A stretch of DNA of 64,000 bases from Lama guanicoe (lineage: Eukaryota): NCBI GenBank assembly GCA_013239625.1, contig MU053881.1, positions 10,902,873 through 10,966,872 of the forward strand. Direction: 5' to 3'. Below are positions 51,904-64,000 of this stretch, one piece after another. The position numbers and the translations under genes were made by a program. The stretch's first letter is position 1. Each line of letters opens with the position of its first letter. The notes under the pieces are model-generated. The model saw only the letters and a list, made by a program, of their open reading frames with translations, was not told the DNA's origin and ran no database searches.

Positions 51904-53359
51904 TTTTACTTCCACCGATTAAGCCCTTTTCATTCCACATTTTACAGTCAGAACAATGGACAAGTGTGATACATTTTAAGCAGATTTTGTTTTACACAAA
52001 TACTTAAACTTGGCAAGGGAATTTCACCCAAAGGCATCCTGGTTTTCCTTGTATTTTTTTCACCTCTAAACCAATGTAATGTAGGTACTGAAGAAGAAAA
52101 CAAATCCTCTAATTTGATTCTCAGTTTAATCAGGGCTGTGAAAATTAGGTCAGTTTTGGGCAAAGAATGGATTTGTAAAACAAATAAACAATTAATTAGC
52201 AAGTCAACAGAGACACAACTCCTTTAAATGTGTGATCTTTTTAATTGCAAGTTAAGTTAGAGATGATCAGAGAAAAGTAGAATTTAGGATCAGGAAATCT
52301 TTATTATTCTTAATTATAATATGGAAACTTACAAGCTGGCTGACCACATGTTATAAAAAGGCAAATTTAAGTTAAATTTATGTTGACTGGGTCCTGTGAT
52401 TGTGATTGTGGTCTCTCTGTTGTTTCCTTCCTTAAATCGTATTCAACACTCAACCCTTACTAATGATGGCTAAAGCCTCTGAATATATTCAATGACTGTA
52501 TATAAAGCCAGGAATATAAGTAATTTCTTTTACACATCTTTATTTAAGTTTTGAGGCAATTGCTGGATGTGAGTGGCTGAAATTTAAGAGCAGAACATTT
52601 TGATGGGCTAATTTTTATAGTATCTTAAAATCTTAAGCTCTTATTCAGTCCCCTTATTTTTTCTTTGGCAGGAAGATTTGTTATTTATATATGATAATGA
52701 ACTTCGCCTTTATTTTAACACTTGAGCTTAAAGATGAGAGGACCTGAAGTCTGTCAGGATGATTTAGACAGGTATTTATCCCAAATCAGTAGGCAGAGCC
52801 ATTTCCTTCCTCATTCATTCAAGTGTTCACTCCACCAACTGTTTGTGCCATGGAGACCATAAGAATGATTGCGTTGGGGACTGTGGAGAGTGGGAGCAGA
52901 CAAGAGTTATTTGTAAAACAAAAATTACAATTCTCAATCCCCTTGAGCTTTACTAACTGTTTAGCAAAACTGTATCAGCCATTATTGATTCATTTAAAAG
53001 ATACCTTTAGCTTTACTGTTGTTAATTTCTTGATATTCATATCTTTCAATTTGTTGGTTAATTTATTAGGTTCAAGCTTTAAGAGCATTAAAGAAAAATA
53101 ATTTTATTCTTGCCTATGATAAAACAGTTTGTAAAAGACCAAAACTTCTAATAAAAAAAAAAACTGGAAAACTTGAGTATATTTTTTCAAAAATTTCTTT
53201 GAATGCTTTGAAATGCAGCTGACACATTGGGGGTTGACAGTACTAGAGAGAAGGAAAGAACTAAAGCTAGAACTCTGAAATCTTCAATATGCAGCAAATT
53301 TAAAGTTCCAAAAGAAAATAACTGCTAACATAGCATTCTATATCCAACAAAAATAAAAG

Positions 53360-53525
53360 TGGGATAAACTTGGAACTTGTGATTTGCAGATACTGACTAC
53401 TACATATAACATAGATAAACCACAAAGTCCTACTGTACAACACTGGAAATTGTAAACACGTTGTAAATTACAAAATGCAACATTATAAATTAACTATATT
53501 TCAATCGAAATTAATAAAATACATG
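53360..53525 (+). mobile_element. L1 3' UTR fragment with internal deletion
   Basis: gggataaacttggaacttgtgatttgcagatactgactactacatataacatagataaac matches 3510-3575. Confidence 0.85.
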
Positions 53526-53529
53526 TAGA

Positions 53530-54250
53530 AGAATAAAGCAGGATAGCAAAAAGTTGAGAATGAGGTAGAGTTAACATGTTCTAACATTCTAGCATTACGT
53601 GGGAAATGCTAAGAGTACTGGTAGCTTTCAATATTTTTTAAATAAATCAAGAGCTAGAGTAACCAGAAAAGAATAGTGAAAGAAAGATAGAAAGAGAGAG
53701 AGAAAAAAGGAAGGAAGGAAAGAAGGAAAAAAGGAAAGAAGGAAAATAGAGAAAGAAAAAACTAAATCTAGAAGTGACTTGTGACTCATTAATTCTACTC
53801 TTGGACTGTACAATAGAGATGTGTACTTATGTGACCAAAGGGCACATACAAGGGTCTTCTTAGCTGTATTACTTGTGAAAAACACCTAAGAGTTCAACAG
53901 TAGGATGGGTAGATGAACTACAGAGTCATACAGATACTGAAAAATATGAGAATGAAAGCACACCTTTTTCATGCAACACAGATGATTCTTACAAAATATT
54001 GAGTGAAAAAGCCAAAAGAACAATGTTTATAAATATAACTAATTTATGGACAGCAACATCAGATGCCGGTGTAATGGTTCCCTTCAGTTAGATAGGCTAG
54101 GGACCGACACCAGGCCTCTGATGCGCTGGTAATGGTCTAGCTCTTCATCTGGTTGGCAGATGCCATGATGTGTTCACATTACAAAAATTCATTGAATTTA
54201 TGATGAGTAAACCCTTCTGTATGTGTTATATGTCAATAAAATTCATGGAT
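53530..54250 (+). mobile_element. Ancient L1ME-like 3' end with internal purine-rich (GAA/GGAA) tract at ~53680-53760
   Basis: tgactcattaattctactcttgg...aatattgagtgaaaaagcca...tgtatgtgttatatgtcAATAAA. Confidence 0.65.
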
Positions 54251-56427
54251 AAAAACAAATTGAACGAAGTACATCCACTGATATATATTTATGCTAAAGG
54301 TTTTAAAAATATTTTTACTTTATCATCAGTGTCTTTAATGAAAAAGCTCTTCAATGATTTAACAGTGTTTTGATGTATATGAAAATGGTTACTAATGAAC
54401 AAATGATGAAATCAACTCTCACGGTTTTATTACCATCAATTTATCTACATTAAGCTATTTAAATGATGCAGGCTTCTATACAAATATCAAATGTATCTAT
54501 ACAAATGCCTCATCAGATATTTCAAACATTATAGGGTACTTAATTAGAAAAATCAATTTTCCTTAAAATCAAAATATTTAATAAAATGTATTTTAAACAG
54601 TATTTTCAAATTAAATGAATCGCATTGCTTCACAATTAGATCCCTAAAGAGAAGTGACAAAGCAGAAAAAAAAAAGAAAAAAAGAAAGAAAATAATAATA
54701 CATATGTACTCAAAAAAATGGTTACAAAGTTGCAAAGACACACATCATAATCCAACCATCTGTTTGTGGGAATAATACCCAGCTCTTTAATTATCATTTC
54801 TATCATAATTCACCTCATAAAGAAAATAGAACAATTATACTTATCTATCATCCCCCAAAAAATCCCTCTGTAAAAGGTAAGATTCAAAAGAGTAATTCAT
54901 TTGTTTATCCTGTTTCCTTTTCTCATTTTTGTAATTTTTCCTCCCTCCCTCCCTCCTTCCAACTTTCCTTTCTTACTTTCATCAAGCCTTTCTTCCTTTC
55001 TTTATCCTTGATCTTTTCGTTAAAAAAAAATAGTCTGCAGATGAAGGGCAAGATCACAGTTTAGCACAATGACATTTTGTAAATTAGCAAAAGGGACCCT
55101 GCCTCTGAGTGGACACAGTCCAGGTTATCCAGAGGAAGGCAAGCAGAAAACAGTCTGGGTTTCAGATGTTTTGCCCCTTCATCAGGGTGGCCCAGCACAG
55201 GACATAACCGAGTAACCATACTCATAACCCTGACAAAGGCAACGGAAAACAAAACATTGAAAAGAGACCCCTTTCCCTCAACATCTGACTAGTATGTAGT
55301 TAAGTCATTGGTGAGTCTAGGACAATGAGGGTGGAAAACAGACCATGACTAGACATAACAAGAGCATTAGTTGGAAGAAGAATACAAATTTTAGAAAGTG
55401 AAAAGTAGAGAAAAAAATGGGAGATCTAAAGAATATTTGAAAAACTGTTTGAAACCCTTGGCAGGGGGACCAGATGATATGGTCACAAAGGACTTGAAAG
55501 TTGCAAAAAGCTTCCAAATGACCTTGTCGAGTGATAAAGGTACCAGTTTAAGAGGGAAGAGTGGTTGAAGTGAGGCAACTAGAGAAACACATACTGTGTA
55601 GTGACTGCAAATTCGAAATGAAAATGACCCAGGAGTTTAACTAAGAGTAATTTTGCAGTGACTTCAAAGTTAGCAACATGAAGTTCTTTATATAAATCAT
55701 CTAGAGAACCAGTGGGGCCAATCAGTGGTCCTGAAGTAAGAGGTGCACTAGGAGATAAAAAGGCTATAGTGGAAAACCACGGAGTTTTGTTGCTTCAGTC
55801 TACACTGAAAAGACTTCAGTGAAAGCCAAGAACACTTTTGAACCGGGCCGGTTAGAGGAATGAGATCTAACCATGCTAAGTGCACAGAAGACCGAGCAGA
55901 CAAACCTGAAGCAGACATATCACTCCCTGTGTGGCACCCACTCAAAAAATTCAGCAAACTCAAGAGTACAATTTTAATTGTTTAGTAAAACAGACAGCCT
56001 GTCCTTACAAAAAGGCTGGAAGCTGGAAAAATGTACAGTGCCAATGCAACCCTAATGCACAAAAACGGTTCTGGAATGACTCCTCAGTACCAAACAGCTC
56101 CTCCTCAGAAGACAAACTGGCGGGAACTATTATTTAAAAATGTGGGAGAAATAGTGACATACTTTTATAAAGAAAAATACCCGTATTATACACATTTAGT
56201 AATAATTATTCTATTAATTTGTTTCTGTCAAAATAATAACAATGTCATTAACACAGCTTTATAGATAAGTACTATTATTATCCTCATTTTGCTGAGGAGA
56301 AAACTCTACATACCAAGTGAAACATATATTTATTAGGCAAATTTTTAGGGAATGGACTAAAAGCAAAGACATGCTCTCTGTATTCCAACACAGAAAAGAA
56401 GTTAAATATAAAAGCACAATACAGGGA

Positions 56428-56643
56428 GATAAACAACAAGTGTATACTGTACAGCACAGGGAACCGTATTTAATATCTTGTAGTAACTTCTGGTGAAAAA
56501 GAATATGAAAACGAATATATGTATGTTACCATCTGACTGAAGTGTTGTGCTGTACACCAGAAATTGATGTAACATTGTAAACTGACTATACTTCAATAAA
56601 AATGTATTTTAAAAATAAATAAATAAATAAAGCAAAGCAAAAA
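56428..56643 (+). mobile_element. L1 3' UTR insertion with TSD
   Basis: Matches 3565-3740; TSD aaaa(g/a)cacaatacaggga at 56410-56427 and 56644-56661. Confidence 0.93.
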
Positions 56644-56879
56644 AAAAACACAATACAGGGAAGAAAAGTATTATAAACGCTAAGAGAGATAATACAGTAT
56701 GGCGATTTCTAGAAGGAGGACACTGCTTATTGTTGAGGTTAGATGAGTGTCCTTTATTCTAGAGGGAGCGTTCGACCTGGGCCTTACAGGATGCACAGGG
56801 TGTGTTCTTACTAGGGAAGTCTGAGAGACAACTCGGCAGATGATAATGACTCAGAAAATATGAGAAACGTAATGCTAAA

Positions 56880-57420
56880 AAACGAGAGTCAGATTTGTCA
56901 TTTTTTGTTTCATTATTATCCATACACAGATGATAGGTTTATACCTACACAAACAAACAAAAAAGAATGAACCCAAACCTTTTAGAATGAATGAAATAAT
57001 TTAATAAGTTAGAAGGTGAGAAGATATGCATGTCAATACTCTTAGACTTCACCAATATCCAGTTACAAGATGTGTAAGGAAAAGATCTAGTTCACAAAAG
57101 CAACAGAATTTAAAAAGTCACAGAGACAAACTGAATAACAGGAAACTATAAATTTGGAGGGAAAAAAAAAGTGCTTGGATTAATGGAGAGCCTTGCCAAG
57201 GTAAATACAGAAATAATCAAGATGGGGATAGTTCAGTTCTCCCTCAATTATTTAAACAATAGATATCAACGTCTGTCAAAATTCCAGTTTTTTGGTGGAA
57301 TATGGGGGAATATAACTTACAGAATGTATTCTAAATTCTACACAGAAGAGTAAGCCTATAAGGGATGCCAGGAACATTTTCAAAAGCAATAATGATGAAG
57401 GATTATCTTCCCTACTGTGA
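56880..57420 (+). mobile_element. Ancient L1M ORF2 fragment
   Basis: cattattatccatacacagatgataggtttatacctac resembles the degraded ADD-motif region; ttctaaattctac...aagagtaa. Confidence 0.6.
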
Positions 57421-60269
57421 TGGCGCCAGAAACACAGATACTAATAAAAGGGAAGTTTCCCCAAAGAGTGAGAGGATGGAAGGAGAATGAGCTTGTAGGT
57501 GAAGATGGGTGGCTGGTTCTACAGAAACAATAATGCCCAGAACAGGTTAGTTCACTTGTGTCCCTAGGCTACTGGAATAGAAGATGTTTTTAATAAACAT
57601 ATTTATAACAGTGATTAAAAAAATAGTGACTCTAAACAAGAGTCAATTTAAGTTACCACCAAACTGAGAAGAGCTTAAGATAAGATGTTTATCTAAAACA
57701 CTTACTCTTTATATGAAAGGAAATAGAGCAACAAGGTCAGCTAGAATATTTGGGCTACTGTCCTGAAATACTGGTACCAATGGGACGGAGACTAAATGGA
57801 CCTCATGTCTCCTGATAACCCCCCCGCATCAGGCATGAATAGATCGATTAGGGATTTCTTCCTTTAGAATCACACTGCAGTTGGGAATGTCCTATAATAC
57901 TTGCAGATTGAGCTCAGTGGGGAGAAATCATCTCAATGTGTCCCCTGTATTTGGCAAGAAAGAGACGCAGCATTATACTTATATCGTGAAACTCATTTTG
58001 GCTGAGAAAGCCAGGTCTTGAAATGTGCCTGCCAAGAGAATAAAATGATACAAATATGCATGCTGAATTATACATAAATATGCATATATACATAGCCATC
58101 CACACACACCATGTTTGGATGATAAACAGACCAAAGATTGGCACTGAACTATTTAGATAGATGGTCAAAGGGCAGTGTAGGAGGGCTGAGGACGCACTGT
58201 ACTTTGGGAGAGCATTAAGCCCACACATATAGTAGCATGTTTTGCAGAACCCATTTAATCTGGGTTCAAAGGGATTTGAGGCTCTTGAACTGTTAGGACT
58301 TGAAAGATGAGAATGGGCTGCCTGTGACACGAGCCACAAATCTTGAGCATATGGAAGGGGCTGACCTGCTGTGCTCCACAAATGAGAAATTTGTCTCTCT
58401 TGGCTTTTTAGGAAGTGCTATGCGCTGAGACACTGGGAAAGACCAGCTCTACCAGCAAAGCCTGAAGTGACGCACACGTTATTCACAACACCTTGCAATT
58501 TAAGTCTGAGGCTGAATCTAATGTGCTGGGAAAGAGGTCAATTGTAACAAACAAAGGGGAAAAGAGCCCCACAGCTCTAACTTTCACCATCAGCGCTTCT
58601 CAACCAGATTTATATTTCAAACAGGAGGCAGAAAAGGATTTGAGGAAATAGTCTAGTTTCCCTCAAAATAAAACAAAATGAAAATATTCGGATCTATTCT
58701 ACCTTGTGAAACTGACAGCTGACACTAGGTTGGTTAGCTCTGAGGACCCTGGGGGTGACAGGAGGGTAGGATCTGATTCATATTAAGGGTTATTTGGTTT
58801 TACTTTATTTTTAAACTAAAGTGAAATAACTAAAGGTCAAATGACAAATGATCCTTAATTCACTTTCACTTTCTCCTTCACTTGTGATTTTTAAAGTTAT
58901 GGATGGTTTGCATTCTTTGCCTCTCCCCTCTGAGGCTGTGAAATATACCAAATGCCAGTGAACTGAAGAAACTGAGCAATGTTTACATTAATAGCGCCTG
59001 GAATTAACTTCATCAGGTGACACTTGTTGCCTTATTAGGGAACAGTGGAAATAATTTGGATCTCTAATTGCTCTCAGGAACAAGAGGGAACACCTGCACC
59101 CTCAGTCCCCCCTCATCTCCAAGGCAGGCTTAAGGGGTTCTTCACAAACCAACTGGTATTATGCCTCTTCAAGTCAGTAATTGAAGTCCTTAAATTCTAC
59201 TCCCCATGATGAGCATCTTTCCCCTCCTTGTCACGTCATCTTTCACTAGTCCCTCTGAAATATATATCTTAATGAAATAATGGGCCCAAACAAATGAGTT
59301 TCTTTCTGGATGACACACTGGTCTGGCTTGCTGGATAGAAAATAAGGTAAAACCTGAAGGCGGTGTTGATGATAGTGATTAAAACACCAGCTTTGACAGG
59401 GCAATAACTATAAAATCTTGCTGCTAGTAATAATCTCTACAATACAAGCGCAATACTAGTGCACCATATGTCACAGCTCAGCAATCCATCTCCACGAGTG
59501 TCACTTACTTAAGCAGGTTCCAGAAGAACCTATCATTATTTTTAAGTGGGGGGAAGGAAGGACACAATTCCATCGCTCTACTGCATTAGTCACTCTGGTT
59601 CAGTCCTTCAGCTGACTTGTTTACTTTCAAAAAAAGGAATCTGTGTACTTCAGACTGTTAGACCAGATACCACGAGATCTATATTTTGCATGTTTGCTAT
59701 CATTCTTTGGATCATTTATTCCTTACCCTGCAAGCTTCTAAGGATGTGAGTTTGCTTTTTAATCATTTTTAATTTGAACAACAAAAAAGTTTCTGAAGTT
59801 TGTTAGTAATTATCCAATCATACACATGTACGTGTGTATATACATAATTTATCATTATTGTTTGTGAGAAAAACTCAGTACATACAGCTGTAGTAGCAGA
59901 TGGGATTTAAGGACAGAACAGAAAACAGGAACAACAGAAGGATAAAAAGAAGTGATTTGGTAAAACAGAATCTTTAGAACTTAACAATAATAAAGGTAAC
60001 TTATGTTGGACCTTGGTAAAGAGAATCTCTTACATCATGACAAAGGAACACTAAGTAATTATTATCAGGGTCTGAGTTTGCAAAGCAAGATATATTGATA
60101 ATACATAAATTAATTGTGTTGCTGGGGTGAAAAGAAGAATATCATTTTCCCAAGCAAATATTTGTTGGAAATACCATCTAGGAGCTACTATTTAGCTTAT
60201 AAATTTAATGATTTTAGTTTCACAAAGACTTGCTTTACTTTGTGTGTTATAACTCATATTAATAAATCA

Positions 60270-60690
60270 TGGGTGGCAACTGGGCAAGTTGCATTATTTC
60301 TGTGATTCAGTTTCCCATTCTGTAAAATAGGAATAATGACAATACCTACCTCAAAGGCTGGCTGTGATTAAATAGTTAATATACAAAAAGTGCTTACAAC
60401 AGTTCCCGGATTATAGTGAATGCACTGCAAGTGGTTACTAGTACTGTTTTGTTATTGTTATTTACAGGAGTTAATTATGGAGCCAGAGCAGACTTAATTC
60501 AAATCCTAGACCACCGATTACTAGCTGGATGATAGTGAGACCAACTGCTATATTATTTAATCATTTTAAGCCTGTTAAAGATAGGAACAATAACCACATG
60601 TTTCTCAAGCTATGAAGAGCAGATGTGACCTATATGGGAAGCCCTTATACCTGTGTCTGGCACAGAGTATATTTAGCTACTTTATAATAA
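60270..60690 (+). mobile_element. Two tandem MIR SINEs
   Basis: tgggcaagtt...tcagtttcccattctgtaaaataggaataatgacaatacctacctca; second copy starts tggagccagagcagacttaattcaaatcc. Confidence 0.8.
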
Positions 60691-62518
60691 CAATGAAAGT
60701 ATTTGTATGGGTCACATTCTTTGTCACATGAAAATAAGAAAATTAATCTATGCAGGTAAACAGAATTAGCTTGTGTTTTCCAAACTTTTAAGTTAACAAA
60801 TTCCACCAAAATCAGCTATCTTTTCCCTGAGCACATCCAGACAGTCCCTGCTTGCTTCCATCTTACAGGGAGCTTTCTCAAGATTTGATGAAAAGATCAG
60901 AAGCAAATAAATGATTTTATAGGAACAGGTGCAAATATTTCTTCTCCAATGAAAGGTAAAATGTTGCTGGCTTATAAGGATGAGACAAGTGGCAACATTC
61001 TCTGCTTTATGAGCTTCCCAGCAAGGTGGTATTTCAAATTTCCCAGCAGATGGGGGAAAAAAAAAATATAAGGACAGCTTGGTAGAAAAAGGCCCAGACT
61101 GCTAAGTCCATCACATCTCTCTCTTTCTTTCCTCATTAATTCTCTGATCCTTATTCCATTGTATAACTTAACTATCTTTACAGGCAAAAACTGTATGCAG
61201 TTCTCACTAGCACTCTTTAGAGGCTTGTGCACTTCTTAAGGCATGAGCCAAGAGGTTTTCCCTAAATGAGAAACCGGCAGGAAACTTTCACCTGCTCGGC
61301 AGGCGAGCAGCACTTTTCAGTGAATCTCAATGAACTCAGTACAACCGCTCTTTTGTTTCCGTGTTTGATGCTGCAGGGAGAGAAGAGATTTCACTCCTAT
61401 GAGTGCTATAGGTCGGACTACCTCATTCAAACGGAAACATATCACCAAAGATTTAAAAGAAGAGGATGAAAGAGGAAATACGGCCATACACGGAAGGGAG
61501 AGAATGTGTTTTATTTGGTTTTTACACGGACAGAATATTAGCTACCTACATCAGACCTGCGGAGATGTGCGCTGAATCTGTTTTGTGCTCCCCTGTCTTC
61601 CACTCTTGTTGAGACTGAGCCAGTGGTGTTCCCATGGAGATGGCTCACACTGTTCACTTAGGGCTTCCTTCCTAATTAATGATTAATGCCGTCTCCTAAT
61701 TACAGAGAGTGGCAGATTCAATAACACCAAGGATCGTCAGAAACTCTGAATTCCTGTGGTATCCTTTTCAGTCTGTTACTAATTTGTGGGGCTAATGTGC
61801 AACTTTCCCTTACATCTGTAACAGGGAACAAAATCCTAAAACAAAGAAAGGAACTTCTGAAAAGTCAAACCTCAGGCCCCATTTGAGGGGGGAGGGCTGT
61901 GTTCCAGATGGAGACCACAGAGGTACTTTTGCTGGCAAATGTTTTTAGAAGGCTTGAATTATTATGCTAATATTTAAGGAGTATTAAGAAGTAGTGATTT
62001 GGATTTTGAGTTTTTCTCAGAAAAACTTGAAAGTCTGGCATCCTTAGACCGGAACACCTGCACGGCAAAAGGTGGCTGAGCACCTAGACTTCTCTCAGTG
62101 GCGTTCTGTGTTCCAGGTTAGACTCTGTAGCACCCTCTCGTCAAGTCCATCCCGCTTCTCACCCACGTACTGCCCTTAAATGGCCTCTGTAAGACTCTGA
62201 TTGTAGGACTCCTACCTCCAGTTATCAAAAGCCAAAACCCTTCACTGTCAAGTCAACTAAAAACCAAACAAAGAAAAAAATGACCGTGCGGGTCACTCTG
62301 ACTGAGGCTGGGGTTACACTGACCAACACGATCATCTCTGTTCTTGAGGACAATCTAGAAATAGCGATCAAACATACTCCAAAAGATAACAGAAGTCGTG
62401 CTATAAACCTACCAATGTAGCTCACAAAGACCTAGGATATTTTGATAATTTGGACTTAGGTGGCGGAAACAGGAAGAGAGAAAAGCCCAGAAACTACTCA
62501 TCAGAAGATGTTTCTAGA

Positions 62519-62858
62519 TCAACTCTGTCCAATAGAAATATCAGGCAAGCCACAAATGCAATTAAAAAATTTCTAGTAGTCACATTAAAAAAAAAAGAGA
62601 CATATTTGAAGTCAATTTTAATTATCAGTTTTCTTCAGCCATGCAAATCCAAAATATTATCATTTCAACCAGTAATCAATATAAACATGTTAGTGAGATA
62701 TGACACTTATCTTTTTCATACTATGTCTTCAAAAGACATATGTATGTCTGCCTATGGCAGCTCTCAGTTCAGACCAGCCACCCAGTAGTCAGTGATTATG
62801 TACACTAGGTATAGAGGAACATTTCTATCATTGCAGAAGGTCTCATTGACAGCACAGC
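62519..62858 (+). mobile_element. hAT-Charlie MITE(s), MER33-like body with MER3-like end
   Basis: ctgtccaatagaaata...aatttctagtagtcacattaaaaa...ccaaaatattatcatttcaac; end gaacatttctatcattgcagaagg. Confidence 0.8.
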
Positions 62859-62994
62859 ACATTAGAGGGAACCACAGAAATGCATGCACGCTGGATACAC
62901 GAAAGCCCACGTCATTTTCTGGAATTACTATGTCCATTTCAATTTGATTATGCATCAGATGTGAAAAGTAATAGGCATAGTTCAGATATTTGGT

Positions 62995-63610
62995 AAATTG
63001 GTCAAGTTTTTTGGCTGCAAAAACACCACCAGAAAGTATTCAAACTAGCTTAAGCAATATACATTCTTGATGCTGAATAATTAATATATAAGTAATGACC
63101 AAAATTTAAAAATTCCTGAGAACATTCTTCAATCCAATAGCGATAAGCATATCTGTATGCATGAAATTATTGGTTTACAAAACTAAGTAGTCCGGAGATG
63201 GCTCTAACTTCTGAACAGGTGGATCTAGTTATTTAACTGATGGATTCAGAGCACAATCTTGCTCTGTTCTGCTTTGCTTTACTGGTCTATTAATTATGGT
63301 GTCTCCCTGATGGCAAGATGGCAGCCAGAGATTCTAGGCTTTCTTCCTATGACCTTAGGAGTCTCCAACTATACTTACAGCATTTCTGCCAAATCAGTGA
63401 TTAAAGTCCACAGGCTCTAGTTAGCCATGTTTAGATTATCTATGCACCGTAAGTCGATAACTATGGCCAAGAGAATGAGACCTTCTCATGGATGACGCCG
63501 CCTTCCCATACTTGCTCTGGAACTTCAGGGTGCGGTCAAGCTGCCTGATCACAGGTAGGCTGACTGAGAGTCATTATCCAAAGCAAAAATGAAGTGCTGT
63601 TATCTAAAGG
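62995..63610 (-). mobile_element. Old MaLR LTR (MLT1J/K-like)
   Basis: ttggctgcaa...tcaaactagcttaagcaa, tggcaagatggcagcca, aactatggccaagagaatg. Confidence 0.65.
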
Positions 63611-64000
63611 TTATTATATGGAAGATGGGTACCCAAACCCAGCTAAATGTTCAGCAGGTTAAATTGTGAAGCATTTTGGGCACTTTATTTTAACTTTCAG
63701 ATAATACATGTTTTTGTTAATATCTGGTTTTAATCCCATGATATGTTGGTGCCTCCAGATAGCATGCATGTTGAACAGTCCCTCTGGTAGTTAATAATCC
63801 AGAGCAAGAAGTCGTGAAACCATAACTTGTATATATATTATGTAGTATAAAAATTCTATGCCAGTAGAAAAATTCTTCAAAGAAACATAAAACTGTAAAA
63901 AATCTGCAATATAATTGGTTGAAGACTGAAAAAAAAATCAGTCTTTCAATAGTTCTGTTATTCTAACTTTGAACAACTTGTCCTAATGTTTGAACTGATT

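Noticed and set aside
55748..56264. Overlapping short ORFs in unique sequence
   Set aside because: No recognisable protein or consistent splice pair; cannot be supported
57914..58381. 155-aa minus-strand ORF
   Set aside because: Non-ATG start, no recognisable domain or exon boundaries
1..64000. CRISPR array, operon or prokaryotic defence system; remaining 60-110 aa ORFs
   Set aside because: Sequence is mammalian; no repeat-spacer arrays; short ORFs mostly overlap repeats or reflect AT-rich background

Overview
AT-rich, repeat-dense mammalian intronic or intergenic DNA. It is most likely camelid (alpaca/camel): it carries a Vic-1-like tRNA-derived SINE and a camelid-type L1 3' UTR, and I see no Alu, BovB, PRE1 or SINEC. 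I cannot recognise a host protein-coding gene. The only convincing coding sequence is the 3' ~2.8 kb of a young, 5'-truncated L1 on the minus strand (21579-24370). It has a perfect 14-bp target-site duplication (TSD), 801 uninterrupted ORF2 codons, a YADD RT motif and an intact CCHC. The rest is old L1M, L2, MIR, MaLR/ERV LTRs, DNA-transposon MITEs, several very short L1 3' tails with TSDs, microsatellites and one 56-N gap. The most unusual object is a SINE-plus-L1-3'-tail chimera bounded by a single TSD (12051-12252). A few unique segments look like candidate exons or regulatory elements but cannot be confirmed from sequence alone. Repeat family names come from my recollection of consensus sequences, and boundaries of old repeats are approximate. 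I found no clear evidence of a new multi-gene system.
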